Shown: positions 1 to 10,460, counted from the stretch's first letter. The stretch: DNA of 32,000 nt from an uncultured archaeon (GCA_964589775.1 CAZPUN010000035.1:1-32000), one strand, 5' to 3'. Numbers and translations are program-made. The notes: generated by a model not told the origin, from the sequence alone.

Positions 1-19
1 AAAATAGTAAAACATTAGT

Positions 20-25
20 GGAGGT
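20..25 (+). promoter_or_regulatory. Shine-Dalgarno site GGAGGT for aIF2-gamma
   Basis: GGAGGT at 20-25, 6 nt before the in-frame CTG at 32. Confidence 0.7.
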
Positions 26-31
26 ATAAAA

Positions 32-1297
32 CTGACTAATTCAGATATAAAGGGCCCAAAATATAAAGGACAATCCGAAATTACAATTGGAACACTTGGC
101 CACGTTGACCATGGTAAAACAACATTAGTTGAAGCTTTAACAGGCGAATGGTCAGATAGACATTCAGAGGAAGTCAAACGTGGTATCTCAATTAAATTAG
201 GCTATGCAAGCACAAGTATTTTGAAATGTCCAAAATGCCCACCTCCACAATGTTACACAACAAAAAACCTATCCCCAGATGGTATTTGTAAACATTGTGG
301 TTCCAAATTAGAGGAACTACGAGAAATTTCTTTTGTCGATGCACCCGGCCATGAAATTTTAATGGCAACATGTTTAAGTGGTGCAAGTCTTCTTGATGCG
401 GCAATTTTAGTAATTGCAGCTGATGAGCCATGTCCACAACCACAAACTAGCGAACATCTTGCAGCATTAGAAATCGTTGGTGTAGATAACATAATAATTG
501 TACAAAACAAAATAGAATTAGTTTCTCGCGAAAAGGCTATTGAACATTATAATCAAATTAAGAATTTTATTAAAGGCACCATTGCAGAAAATGCACCAAT
601 TATCCCTGTATCAGCTATCTTTAAATCAAACATGGATATCCTATTGGAAACAATAGAAAAGCAAATTCCCACACCAGAACGGGATTTAGACAAACCCGCT
701 CGAATGCTAATTGCAAGATCTTTTGACATCAATAAACCAGGTACACCACCCGAAAAACTATTTGGTGGTGTTGTAGGCGGTTCAATCATTCAAGGAAAAC
801 TAAAAGTAGGAGATACAATAGAAATCCGTCCGGGATACAAAATAGACAAATCATACAAGCCATTAATTACAAAAATTGTTAGTTTAGTTTCGGGAAGTGG
901 AAATAAACTCGAAGAAGCATACCCTGGTGGATTAATTGGAGTAGGTACTGAATTAGATCCATCATTAACAAAAGCAGATAGATTGGTTGGAAATGTCTTA
1001 GGTGAAGTTGGAACATTACCACCGACGAAAGACATGCTTATTATAAAACCAACATTAATGAAAAGACTAGTCGGATCAAGAAAAGAACAAGAAATAGCAA
1101 ATCTTAGACAATCAGAACCATTAATGATAGTTGTAGGAACTGCTGCAACCGTAGGAATAATTCGAAAATTAGCAGGCGATAAAGTACATTTGGCGCTCAA
1201 AAGGCCAGTAGTAGCAGAACCAGGACAGAGAGTTGCAATTGGGCGAGCCATTGAAAAGAAATGGCGACTAATTGGTCATGGTATCATTGTAGAATAA
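32..1297 (+). CDS. eif2g: Translation initiation factor 2 gamma subunit (aIF2-gamma), probable CTG start
   Basis: Frame is open from 11. Upstream of the track's TTG at 221 it encodes G1 GHVDHGKTT and switch [18 protein letters not shown]. Then Zn ribbon CPKC..CKHC, DAPGHE, QNKIE and C-terminal WRLIGHG. In-frame stops at 5-10. Confidence 0.95.
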   Translation: MTNSDIKGPKYKGQSEITIGTLGHVDHGKTTLVEALTGEWSDRHSEEVKRGISIKLGYASTSILKCPKCPPPQCYTTKNLSPDGICKHCGSKLEELREISFVDAPGHEILMATCLSGASLLDAAILVIAADEPCPQPQTSEHLAALEIVGVDNIIIVQNKIELVSREKAIEHYNQIKNFIKGTIAENAPIIPVSAIFKSNMDILLETIEKQIPTPERDLDKPARMLIARSFDINKPGTPPEKLFGGVVGGSIIQGKLKVGDTIEIRPGYKIDKSYKPLITKIVSLVSGSGNKLEEAYPGGLIGVGTELDPSLTKADRLVGNVLGEVGTLPPTKDMLIIKPTLMKRLVGSRKEQEIANLRQSEPLMIVVGTAATVGIIRKLAGDKVHLALKRPVVAEPGQRVAIGRAIEKKWRLIGHGIIVE

Positions 1298-1311
1298 AAT
1301 CAAGAGTGAAA

Positions 1312-1719
1312 ATGAAAAAGATAATATTCGTTGATACAAATGCTCTTTTTATTCCAATACAATTTAAGATAGATCTCAAAGAAGCTATATTTGAAATCAT
1401 AGATGAGCCATTTGAAATTTATGTTCCAGATATTTGTATTCAAGAACTTAAATATAAGTTAGAAAGAACAAATTCTGTAAAGGAAAAACGAGATATTAAT
1501 TTTGCATTAAACTATAGCAAACAATTTAAACAATACAAAACAGCAGAATACCCAAAAGGAACAGATACTGATACAATATTATTGAACGAATCTATTAAAA
1601 AATCAGCAATAGTAATAACTAATGACAAAAAATTACGGTTACGATTAATTAAAAATAATATACCCGTGATTTCAATTAGGGGAAATAAACGTCTTGAATT
1701 TGCAAACCCAAAAAAATAA
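1312..1719 (+). CDS. PIN-domain ribonuclease (Fcf1/Utp24-like archaeal family)
   Basis: IFVDTNAL, DTD and VITNDKKLR PIN motifs; usual position after eif2g; ATG at 1312 behind GAGTG. Confidence 0.85.
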   Translation: MKKIIFVDTNALFIPIQFKIDLKEAIFEIIDEPFEIYVPDICIQELKYKLERTNSVKEKRDINFALNYSKQFKQYKTAEYPKGTDTDTILLNESIKKSAIVITNDKKLRLRLIKNNIPVISIRGNKRLEFANPKK

Positions 1720-1813
1720 ATTCGTAACAATAAAAATGCTTAAATGCACATAAATAAACCAGTCTAAATAATATAATATGCTTTTTGCACTTCATCATGC
1801 AGGAGAACAGCAA

Positions 1814-2407
1814 ATGTACTCACTAGTTACCGTAAAGGATGTAGTAAGAATACCTCCGTCCCAATTTGGGAATCCAATTGAAAAAGTTGCCCTCGAACAT
1901 CTCAGACAAAAATATGAAGGAGTATTAGATAGGGAAATTGGATTTATCTTAGCAGTTGTAGAAATAGATGATGTGGGTATAGGCCGTCTTCTTCCTGGAG
2001 ATGGCGCAACATATCATGAGATTGTATATAAGGTAATTGCATTTAAACCACTTAAAATGGAAGTCATCGAGGGCGAAGTTGTCGAAATAGTTGATTTTGG
2101 AATATTCATAAAATTAGGCCCATTAGATGGATTATGCCATATGAGTCAGATTTGTGATGATTTCATATCTTATGATCATAAGAGATCTGTTATGGTCGGA
2201 AAGAAAACAGGACGAATTGTACAAGAGGGCGATCTAGTACGCGCACGCATTGCGACAATAAGTTTAGATACCGGAAGCAGAACCGGAAAGCTAGGATTGA
2301 CAATGAGACAGCCATTCCTCGGAAAATTAGAATGGATCGAAGAAGAAATCAAAAAGTTAACTGAAGAACCTGAAGAGGTTGCAGATGATGAAGGAAAAAG
2401 CATGTAA
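1814..2407 (+). CDS. rpoE1: RNA polymerase subunit Rpo7 (E')
   Basis: DVVRIPP, GDGA, S1 domain GEVVEIVDFGIFIKLGPLDGLCHMSQI, GLTMRQPFLGK; AGGAG before ATG 1814. Confidence 0.97.
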   Translation: MYSLVTVKDVVRIPPSQFGNPIEKVALEHLRQKYEGVLDREIGFILAVVEIDDVGIGRLLPGDGATYHEIVYKVIAFKPLKMEVIEGEVVEIVDFGIFIKLGPLDGLCHMSQICDDFISYDHKRSVMVGKKTGRIVQEGDLVRARIATISLDTGSRTGKLGLTMRQPFLGKLEWIEEEIKKLTEEPEEVADDEGKSM

Positions 2408-2573
2408 ACAATGTCATACTTTGACAACTGAAAGCATTTGCCCGAATTGCAAAAGTACAAATCTTTCGTCGTCATGGTCAGGACTAGTCATTATAATAGA
2501 TCCTGAAGGCAGTCATATAGCACAAAGATTGAATATTACAAAGCCAGGGCGATATGCATTAAAAGTCAGATAA
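2385..2573 (+). CDS. spt4: Transcription elongation factor Spt4 (RpoE'')
   Basis: ACKQC..CPNC zinc site, WSGLVIIIDP, PGRYALKVR; overlaps rpoE1 end. Confidence 0.96.
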   Translation: MMKEKACKQCHTLTTESICPNCKSTNLSSSWSGLVIIIDPEGSHIAQRLNITKPGRYALKVR

Positions 2574-2695
2574 AAAATTGAGTATAAAGACAAACTTTAT
2601 TAGAAAATTATAATAGCAGTCCAATTTAGCGGAACAATAAACGAAAAAGAACTATAAGTTCTAAGCGCCAGTAATATCGAACGGAGCGTGACTCA

Positions 2696-3001
2696 ATGGA
2701 TTTCAATTTAAAAATTGTAGAAGATAAGGAAAACAAACTAATAGAACGAAGAGAAATACAATTTATTGTAGAGCATCTTGGCAATCCAACTCCAAGTAGA
2801 TTGGATATTAGAGCTAAACTAGCGGCAATATTAGATGTAAATCCAGAAACATTATTTGTGATTAAAACTGAAACTGAATATGGAATTGGAAGAACAAGAG
2901 GTTTAGCTCACATTTATGAGACTCTTGAAAGAGCAATGGCTATTGAATCAAAATATATAATTGAACGTCATCAACCCAAGAAGAAAGAAGAAGAGGAATA
3001 A
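2696..3001 (+). CDS. rps24e: 30S ribosomal protein eS24 (S24e)
   Basis: ENKLIERREI, TPSR, TEYG, AHIY motifs; gene context. Confidence 0.95.
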   Translation: MDFNLKIVEDKENKLIERREIQFIVEHLGNPTPSRLDIRAKLAAILDVNPETLFVIKTETEYGIGRTRGLAHIYETLERAMAIESKYIIERHQPKKKEEEE

Positions 3002-3016
3002 ATGGAGTGAGAAAAA

Positions 3017-3175
3017 ATGTCATATAAATATTATAAGGTAGAAAAAGACGGCAAAATAACACGATTAAGAAGGACATGTCCAAGATGCGGTAAAGGCGTC
3101 TTTATGGCAGAACATAAAGATAGATATTCATGTGGTAAATGCGGCTATACAGAATTCAAAAAGAAAAAGAAATAA
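3017..3175 (+). CDS. rps27ae: 30S ribosomal protein eS31 (S27ae), 52 aa, no ubiquitin fusion; absent from the ORF track
   Basis: Hand translation [52 protein letters not shown]; SD GGAGTGA at 3004-3010. Confidence 0.97.
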   Translation: MSYKYYKVEKDGKITRLRRTCPRCGKGVFMAEHKDRYSCGKCGYTEFKKKKK

Positions 3176-3202
3176 TGCCGCATCTCTCATTTTAAAATTA
3201 TT

Positions 3203-3469
3203 TTACGATATAACCAAGATTAGACCTTTTGTAATTATATGAATTGATACAATAATAGCGAGAAGAATATTAATTAGAGGAAGAACAGGTATAATTAAGA
3301 TAACAAGATCTACTAATTTTATAGAGATTGGAAATGTTATTAGAAATAATGATGATGCGATCAAATAAGATATAGACTCAGTGGATAATGCTACGCCGAT
3401 TGCGGAAACTAACCAACTCAAATATATTACAATAATTACAAAAATGATAATCATTTTAAATCGATACAT
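3203..3469 (-). CDS. Small hydrophobic membrane protein (~3 TM), unknown function
   Basis: Three long aliphatic stretches; fills the gap between rps27ae and kae1; start uncertain (3469 or 3454). Confidence 0.55.
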   Translation of the reverse strand: MYRFKMIIIFVIIVIYLSWLVSAIGVALSTESISYLIASSLFLITFPISIKLVDLVILIIPVLPLINILLAIIVSIHIITKGLILVIS

Positions 3470-3515
3470 AATATGATTAAAAGATATATAATCTTCACTA
3501 GGAGATAAATTACAA

Positions 3516-4511
3516 GTGACCATCGCACTGGGTATAGAAGGAACGGCACATACACTAGGAATAGGAATAATTGATGATACTGGAAAGGTCTTATCAAATG
3601 TATATGATATGTATTCACCTAAAACAGGAGGAATTCATCCAAGAGAAGCAGCAAATCATCATGTACTTAAAGCACGAGAAATTTTAGAACGTGCGTTAAC
3701 AGCAGCAAATCTAACAATTGATGATATAGATGTCATTGCATTTTCGCAAGGCCCAGGATTAGGACCATGCCTTAGAGTGACTGCAACAATATCTCGCGCA
3801 TTATCTCTTTTCAAAAATAAACCATTGGTAGGCGTAAATCACTCAATTGCGCATATAGAAATTGCACGAATGATCAGCAAAGAAGAAGACCCATTGACAG
3901 TATATGTCTCAGGAGGAAATACGATTATATCTGCATATACCGGAAAGCGATATCGCGCTTTTGGAGAGACATTAGATATAGCAATCGGAAATCTATTAGA
4001 CACTTTTGCAAGAGCTGCAGGAATCGCATATCCGGGAGGTCCTGTAATAGAGAAACTTGCGCGAAAAGCAAAAGTATACCACCAATTACCATATTCAGTT
4101 AAAGGAATGGATATATCATTTTCAGGAATACTTACAGCCGCAATACGTCTCTTAAAGGAGGATAAGGTCCCCTTAGAAGAAATTTGTTATTCACTCCAAG
4201 AAACTGTATTCGGGATGATTGCAGAAGTAACTGAGCGAGCTTTAGTACATACAAATAAGAGGTCAATTATATTAACAGGAGGCGTAGCACGAAATAGAAG
4301 ACTCCAAGAGATTCTACAAGGTGTTGCAGATGAACATAGCGCAAGTTATCATACAGTCCCCAAAGATCTTGCAGGAGATAATGGAGCCATGATTGCATGG
4401 ACCGGAATCTTACAATACAAGTATGGAAGAACACTAAAAATTGAAGACAGCTATGTACGCCCAAAGTGGCGAATTGAAGACGTTGAGATTCCATGGAGAA
4501 ATCAAAGATGA
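3516..4511 (+). CDS. kae1: KEOPS t6A threonylcarbamoyltransferase Kae1
   Basis: LGIEGTAHT, GGIHPREAA, GPGLGPCL, HSIAHIE, GETLDIAIGN, DNGAMIAW. Confidence 0.98.
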   Translation: MTIALGIEGTAHTLGIGIIDDTGKVLSNVYDMYSPKTGGIHPREAANHHVLKAREILERALTAANLTIDDIDVIAFSQGPGLGPCLRVTATISRALSLFKNKPLVGVNHSIAHIEIARMISKEEDPLTVYVSGGNTIISAYTGKRYRAFGETLDIAIGNLLDTFARAAGIAYPGGPVIEKLARKAKVYHQLPYSVKGMDISFSGILTAAIRLLKEDKVPLEEICYSLQETVFGMIAEVTERALVHTNKRSIILTGGVARNRRLQEILQGVADEHSASYHTVPKDLAGDNGAMIAWTGILQYKYGRTLKIEDSYVRPKWRIEDVEIPWRNQR

Positions 4512-5155
4512 TAAAGATACACCCGGAAAGCGTTATCACAAAAGGCGCCGAAGCAATTATTGGAACCACAAAATGGCTTAATAAAATTGCAATTATAAAA
4601 GAACGCATTGAAAAAAAATATTTAGATAAGAAATTAGACGCAATGATTAGGTCTGAGAGGACCAAAAAGGAAGCAAAGATAATTGTTACAGCTAAAACGA
4701 AAGGAATCCCAGTACCTACATTATATTATGTATCTCAAAAAGCAGGCCAAATAATAATGGAGTATATTGAAGGTATCAAGTTAAAAGATTACTTGGCAGA
4801 TCGCGAACCGGAGTTAGGAAAACGCTTTTTCAATAAACTAGGAGAATACATTGGTCGATTACATAAAATAGGAATAATTCATGGAGATTTAACGACCTCA
4901 AATATTATTGTAAAAAACGACCAATTATTCATAATTGATTTTGGATTAGCTAACTTTTCTTTTTCAGAAGAGGATAGAGGAGTTGATATACATCTCCTAA
5001 AACGCGCACTGGAGTCCACACATTGGAATTTTGCAAAAGAATATTTTGCATCATTCTTAGAAACATATTCAACAACATTGGGAATTCCAGAAGAAGAAAT
5101 AATTAGAAAAATCGAGGAAATAGAAAGTAGAGGCAGATATATTGAAAAGGATTAA
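4508..5155 (+). CDS. bud32: KEOPS kinase Bud32
   Basis: GAEA, HGDLTTSN, IDFGL, DIHLL..ALESTH, RGRY; ATGA overlap with kae1 stop. Confidence 0.96.
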   Translation: MIKIHPESVITKGAEAIIGTTKWLNKIAIIKERIEKKYLDKKLDAMIRSERTKKEAKIIVTAKTKGIPVPTLYYVSQKAGQIIMEYIEGIKLKDYLADREPELGKRFFNKLGEYIGRLHKIGIIHGDLTTSNIIVKNDQLFIIDFGLANFSFSEEDRGVDIHLLKRALESTHWNFAKEYFASFLETYSTTLGIPEEEIIRKIEEIESRGRYIEKD

Positions 5156-5255
5156 GTAGAAATTTTTTACATGACCCAAAAGCTTTAAATCAATACGATT
5201 TTTGATTTTCATTAGTTTTTGATTAAAGAAAAAATGAACCCATGGATGGTTAAAG

Positions 5256-6659
5256 ATGATAGATTATTCAGCTGTTAATTATCGAACTGTATCAAAAGTA
5301 ACAGGACCAATTTTAGTTGTAGAAAATACACATGACGTGGGATATAACGAAGTCGTAAAAATAATGACTCCAGATGGCGAAATTCGTACTGGAACAGTTC
5401 TAGAAACAGGAAAAGGCATGGCAGTTATACAGGTTTTCGAAGGAACACAAGGTTTGGATGTTGATAGAACTGCTGTAAGGTTTATTGGTGAAACACTAAG
5501 ATTACCTATGACAACTGAAGTTTTAGGTCGAATTTTAGACGGCTCAGGAAATCCAATTGACAATGGCCCTCCATTAACAGCAAAAGAATATGTAGACATT
5601 TATGGACTTCCAATCAATCCATATGCAAGAGAATATCCTAGAGATCCACTACAAACAGGAATTTCAGCAATTGATGGACTCAATACACTAGTACGAGGTC
5701 AAAAGCTACCTATCTTTTCTGGGTCTGGACTTCCACATAATACTATTGCTGCACAAATTGCACGCCAAGCAAGAATCCCAGGAGAATCCGGAGGATTTGC
5801 AATTGTTTTCGCTGCAATGGGAATTACTGATGTTGAAGCAAAATACTTCATGGATAGTTTTAGAGAGACTGGCGCCTTAGAACGAACGGTCCTTTTCATA
5901 AACCTTGCAAACGACCCGGCAATTGAACGTATTATCACACCAAGAGCAGCTCTAACAACTGCAGAATACTTAGCATATGAAGCAGACATGCATGTACTTG
6001 TAATACTTACAGACATGACAAACTATGCAGAAGCATTACGTGAAATAAGTGCAGCAAGAAACGAAGTCCCTGGTCGAAGAGGATATCCGGGTTACTTGTA
6101 TACAGACTTGGCATTAATTTATGAACGCGCAGGGCGTATTAAAGGAAGAAAGGGTACGATCACACAAATGCCTATTTTAAGTATGCCCCAGGATGATATG
6201 ACACATCCGATTCCAGACCTTTCAGGATACATTACCGAAGGACAGATCATTATTGATCGCGGAATGCATCGAAAAGGAATTTATCCACCAATTGATCCAG
6301 GTCCAAGTCTCTCTCGTCTTATGAAAGAAGGTATCGGTGAGGGACGAACAAGATTTGATCATAAAGAAGTACAAGCTCAACTCTATTATGCATATTCTGA
6401 AGGCCGCGATATTCGAGACTTAGTAGCTGTTGTAGGTTCAGAAGCATTATCAGAAGAAGACCAGAAATATCTGAAGTTCGCAGATGAATTCGAGAGGAAA
6501 TTCATTGCGCAAGGCGAATACGAGAATCGTACATTTGAACAAACATTAAATATAGGATGGGAACTTCTTTCAGTCTTTTCAGAAAGAGAATTGAAGCGAA
6601 TAAAACCCAAAACACTAGAATGGGCAAAGAAAGAAAAACTCTATGTGCCCAAGTATTAA
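5256..6659 (+). CDS. atpB: A/V-type ATP synthase subunit B
   Basis: [57 protein letters not shown]. Confidence 0.98.
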   Translation: MIDYSAVNYRTVSKVTGPILVVENTHDVGYNEVVKIMTPDGEIRTGTVLETGKGMAVIQVFEGTQGLDVDRTAVRFIGETLRLPMTTEVLGRILDGSGNPIDNGPPLTAKEYVDIYGLPINPYAREYPRDPLQTGISAIDGLNTLVRGQKLPIFSGSGLPHNTIAAQIARQARIPGESGGFAIVFAAMGITDVEAKYFMDSFRETGALERTVLFINLANDPAIERIITPRAALTTAEYLAYEADMHVLVILTDMTNYAEALREISAARNEVPGRRGYPGYLYTDLALIYERAGRIKGRKGTITQMPILSMPQDDMTHPIPDLSGYITEGQIIIDRGMHRKGIYPPIDPGPSLSRLMKEGIGEGRTRFDHKEVQAQLYYAYSEGRDIRDLVAVVGSEALSEEDQKYLKFADEFERKFIAQGEYENRTFEQTLNIGWELLSVFSERELKRIKPKTLEWAKKEKLYVPKY

Positions 6660-6681
6660 ATTCCAATTTTCTTTTTCTTTT

Positions 6682-7044
6682 TTAACGTGGTGCGCCCATA
6701 AAGTAAAATCCAGATTCTTTTTTCGAACCAAAACTACGAAGACCTTGTTCAGACAGCTGGCGTCTCAAATGATATGCATATTCTGAACTAATCTCGCCCC
6801 TACGTTCCATATAGTCAATAATTTCTAAAGCTTCAGACTCGGTATCACACCTACGAATAAAGTCAATGACCGTAGGCATAAATCCACGGAACGGATCTTT
6901 TTCAGCACTAGCAGTCTCTGGAACATTCTTACCCTGATCTTCAGGCGCAAGTGTTCTAACACCTTTTATGATTGTTCTTTTAGTTTTACCTAGTTTTATT
7001 TCATCATATAAGTGAGGATATTTTTCACGAAATTCATCGTCCAA
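6682..7044 (-). CDS. DUF2095 family protein
   Basis: FREKYPHL, PTVIDFIRRCDT..EALEIIDY, GLRSFG.KK..GFY; start uncertain (TTG 7044 or GTG 7059). Confidence 0.8.
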   Translation of the reverse strand: MDDEFREKYPHLYDEIKLGKTKRTIIKGVRTLAPEDQGKNVPETASAEKDPFRGFMPTVIDFIRRCDTESEALEIIDYMERRGEISSEYAYHLRRQLSEQGLRSFGSKKESGFYFMGAPR

Positions 7045-7119
7045 GGGAACACACCACACATGAACGTATTATGTATATATTATTAATTAATGTATAAATA
7101 ATCTATCGATATGAGAATT

Positions 7120-8643
7120 TTAAATTTTAATAAAGTCCCAAGGTACAGTATTATCATATTCTAGATTAAGTAGAGTATTCCAATCAAGATTAAGTTCTTT
7201 TATAGCGCGGCGCCAACTACCTAATGTATTCCCATACAAACTTACCAGTTCAATTAATGGGGCTAAGTTATTGCCGCCACGTGACAAAATAGCCTGTATG
7301 CGTGCCCAACGAACATCCATGCCTTCAAAATAAACTCTAGGTATATGCTTTAACGATTTTTCAGCCAATTTTCGCTTACGTCTTAATTCATCAAGTGGCT
7401 CCAATTTTTCATGCTCATAGGGTGTATGTGGTTTGGGAATAAAGGGGTTTAAACTTGCGGTAATTCTAAAAGGTTTCATATCAGAAATTTGGGAGAGCAA
7501 TTTAGAAATTCCTTTAATGTCATCATCGGTTTCCCCAGGAAGACCCATAAGAAAATATAGCTTAATAAAATTGATTTTTGCATTTATAGCATTTTCAACT
7601 GCATTGATAATTTGTGCATTAGAAATTCCCTTTGCAATTCGGTTTCTCAATCGTTCAGAACCAGTTTCTGGGGCAATAGTTAAAGTATGTTCTCCTCCCA
7701 AATAAAGTAATTCGGCAATATCTTCATCAATAGTATCAGCTCGTAAGGAAGGAACCGAAAATCCCAACCCATAATCAAGGATCCATTCAAGCAGATCTTT
7801 TAAATCCGGAAAATCACCAATTGAAGAACCAATTAATGCGACCTTTGTGTATAATCCATTCGCAGTTCCCTTTTTGATGATTTCTTTAACCATAGATAAA
7901 GATCTATATCTAACAGGTCGGACAGTGTGACCAATTAAACAAAATTTACAAGCATGCTTACAGCCTCGAACTAGCTCCAATAAATATGCATGACCATAAA
8001 CAGGAATTAACTTCGAATTTGATGATACATCCGGAAAAACTTGGTGAATTGCAAACGGTACATTATTTAAATCAGGAACATATAGACGCCGAACCGGATA
8101 TTTTCCAAAAGCAGGAATCCAGATACCTTCAAGAGATGCAAGTTCATTTAAACATTCATTACGACTGCTACAACTTAAAACAACATCAACGATTTTTCTA
8201 AGTACATCTTCGGCTTCGCCAATAATAAATGCATCAAAAAATTCGGAAATAGGCATAGGATTTGACCAAGAAATCGGGCCCCCTGCAATAATTAAAGGAT
8301 GCTGATCGGTACGATCTGAAGACTTAACGGGTATATTAGCCTCTCTAAAATATTTAACAACATATGGAAAATCTTGCTCAAATTGCAAAGATACACCAAC
8401 AATATCATTATCAATAAGTTTTCTTTGTGATTCTACAGAAAAAGTTGGTTTAGGAACATCCACAAGATAGTATCGTTCACATGAAACATAGTCAATACTG
8501 TTTAATATTGAGTATAAAATTTGGATTCCTAAATTAGCCATTCCAACCCGATAAGTACTCGGGTAGACCAATCCAAATTTTAAATCCACATAACGATTGT
8601 CTTTGACTATAGCATTGAATTCATTAATTTGTGGATGTCCCAT
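7120..8643 (-). CDS. Radical SAM protein with N-terminal B12-binding-like domain
   Basis: CKHACKFC (CxxxCxxC), YPSTYRVGMANLG, IAGGP..NP, SLRAD, TIAPETGSERLR, PFIPKPHTP. Confidence 0.88.
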   Translation of the reverse strand: MGHPQINEFNAIVKDNRYVDLKFGLVYPSTYRVGMANLGIQILYSILNSIDYVSCERYYLVDVPKPTFSVESQRKLIDNDIVGVSLQFEQDFPYVVKYFREANIPVKSSDRTDQHPLIIAGGPISWSNPMPISEFFDAFIIGEAEDVLRKIVDVVLSCSSRNECLNELASLEGIWIPAFGKYPVRRLYVPDLNNVPFAIHQVFPDVSSNSKLIPVYGHAYLLELVRGCKHACKFCLIGHTVRPVRYRSLSMVKEIIKKGTANGLYTKVALIGSSIGDFPDLKDLLEWILDYGLGFSVPSLRADTIDEDIAELLYLGGEHTLTIAPETGSERLRNRIAKGISNAQIINAVENAINAKINFIKLYFLMGLPGETDDDIKGISKLLSQISDMKPFRITASLNPFIPKPHTPYEHEKLEPLDELRRKRKLAEKSLKHIPRVYFEGMDVRWARIQAILSRGGNNLAPLIELVSLYGNTLGSWRRAIKELNLDWNTLLNLEYDNTVPWDFIKI

Positions 8644-8658
8644 GATAAATACCCAACT

Positions 8659-9921
8659 TTATTTCCAATCGCGAATATCATATTCCTGTTTTAAGAGGAT
8701 TAATTTATTTGCGGGTACATCACGATATACTACAACACCTGCACCAATAGCACTATTAGGATATAACATAACTCCAGGCATCATTAGAGTTCCGATTCCA
8801 GTACTTACATTGTCACCAATAATAGCGCCTAATTTTCTTCGTCCGGTATCAATAACCTTTCCTTTTACCACGGCTTTAATGTTTTTGCGGTCCAACCTAA
8901 GATTTCCAGTTATAGTACCTGCACCAAAATTTACATTTTCACCAATAACACTATCTCCAACATAGGATAAATGCCCGACATGTGTGCCATCCATAATAAT
9001 ACTATTCTTTATTTCAACTGCATTACCAATTCGCACATTATTTCCTAAACTCGTATATGGACGAATAAAACAATTAGGACCGATATCAGAATTAGAACCA
9101 ATTATAACAGGACCTATTATGTATGCACCAGATCTGATAATGGTTCCGGGGCCTATAATCACAGGATCTTTTATAGTAGCGCCATCTTCAACCGTACCTT
9201 CAATCTTTGTTTCAATACTTGAAAGAATTGCTTTGTTCGCTTCAAGCAAATCCCAAGGTCGCCCAACATCAATCCAGAACCCGTCAATTTCAAAATATCC
9301 AACATTACCATTCTTTGCTTGAATATTGATCGCATCAGTGAGCTCAAGCTCGCCCCGTGGTGAATAGCCTATTTCATGAAGCGTTTCAAAAATGTCAGGA
9401 CTAAATATATAGATCCCTGCATTGATTAAGACATTTTGAGCATTTTCAGGTTTCTCAATAATTCGGGCAAGCCTATCATCTTTAATATCTAAAACGCCAT
9501 ATGCTCGACCATCAGGAACGCGCTTGGCTGCAACAATAGTAGAAAACTTAGAATTGTGAAACATGTTATATAACCGTTGATAGAACCCATGAGGCACAAG
9601 AATATCACCATATATAGCAAAGAAAGGTTCATCAAGGTGTAAGTCTTCAGCAGTCATTACTGCATGACCCGTACCTTTTCTTTCATTTTGTGTGATAAAT
9701 TTGAATGAAATATCGCGGTATCGTAAAGTAAGAGCTTCTTTTAGAATGTTATCCAAATATCCAGTTACAATGTATATATCAGAGATACCGGCATCGATTA
9801 AATTATCGATCGTATGAAAAATCAAGGGCTTATTAGCTACTGGTATTAAATGCTTAGGTCGTGTAGAGGATAATGGTCTCATTCGGGTAGATTCACCAGC
9901 TGCGAGAATTAGCGCCTTCAT
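8659..9921 (-). CDS. glmU: Bifunctional sugar-1-phosphate nucleotidylyltransferase/acetyltransferase (archaeal GlmU-like)
   Basis: ILAAG..TRMRPL..RPK, EKP, SPRGELELTD, then hexapeptide repeats and HLSYVGDS. Confidence 0.9.
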   Translation of the reverse strand: MKALILAAGESTRMRPLSSTRPKHLIPVANKPLIFHTIDNLIDAGISDIYIVTGYLDNILKEALTLRYRDISFKFITQNERKGTGHAVMTAEDLHLDEPFFAIYGDILVPHGFYQRLYNMFHNSKFSTIVAAKRVPDGRAYGVLDIKDDRLARIIEKPENAQNVLINAGIYIFSPDIFETLHEIGYSPRGELELTDAINIQAKNGNVGYFEIDGFWIDVGRPWDLLEANKAILSSIETKIEGTVEDGATIKDPVIIGPGTIIRSGAYIIGPVIIGSNSDIGPNCFIRPYTSLGNNVRIGNAVEIKNSIIMDGTHVGHLSYVGDSVIGENVNFGAGTITGNLRLDRKNIKAVVKGKVIDTGRRKLGAIIGDNVSTGIGTLMMPGVMLYPNSAIGAGVVVYRDVPANKLILLKQEYDIRDWK

Positions 9922-10134
9922 ATATACACCTCAATTTTATATTTATATTCATAACAATGATATTCAAAGTATATAGCATTTTTAAACCAATTTATGATAA
10001 AATATTTTCCACATGAACGCCTATAAATTGCGTTTTTCACAGAGGATTAGTTGATATTGCGCCATATCGCGAAAAATTTTCATCGAGATATAAAAGTATG
10101 AGAAAATCTTATAAGTAAAAAAACATATATATAC

Positions 10135-10160
10135 ATCACACAAATAACCATTTGTGTGAT
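10135..10160. promoter_or_regulatory. Perfect 11-bp inverted repeat, candidate operator
   Basis: ATCACACAAAT-aacc-ATTTGTGTGAT just downstream of TATA-like ATATATATA (10125-10133). Confidence 0.6.
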
Positions 10161-10185
10161 AAAAAAATAGATGGATGTGGTAAAA

Positions 10186-10398
10186 ATGGAAGATGAAATT
10201 AAACTTACCAAAAGCCAGAAAATTGTACTTGAAGTTCTTCGCAAAGAAGGCGCAATGACTCCCAAATTACTCTTGGACAAAGTAGATTTTGCACCCAGAA
10301 CTGTAAGATATGCACTCAGAAAACTTTTGAAAAAGAAATTGATCAAGAGAATTCCAAACCTACAAGATATGAGACAGTGGGTATATGTTGCAGGATAA
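10186..10398 (+). CDS. Small MarR-like winged-helix DNA-binding protein
   Basis: RTVRYALRKL and DMRQWVY motifs typical of small archaeal wHTH proteins; start 10186 or 10171. Confidence 0.85.
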   Translation: MEDEIKLTKSQKIVLEVLRKEGAMTPKLLLDKVDFAPRTVRYALRKLLKKKLIKRIPNLQDMRQWVYVAG

Positions 10399-10460
10399 GA
10401 GATTTTTTCTTTTATCTTGCAACATTTAGTTTTTGATTATTTTAGATTTGAGGGATAATT

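Noticed and set aside
221-223. ORF-track TTG start for aIF2-gamma
   Set aside because: It would delete the P-loop and switch I
192-1251. Minus-strand ORFs inside eif2g, and similar short ORFs inside atpB, glmU, trmB, the ribophorin-like gene and cdc48
   Set aside because: They overlap well-supported genes and show no motifs
3002-3010. ATG-GAG-TGA mini-ORF in frame with rps27ae (ubiquitin-fusion remnant or readthrough)
   Set aside because: It is just the SD sequence GGAGTGA; there is no room for a ubiquitin domain
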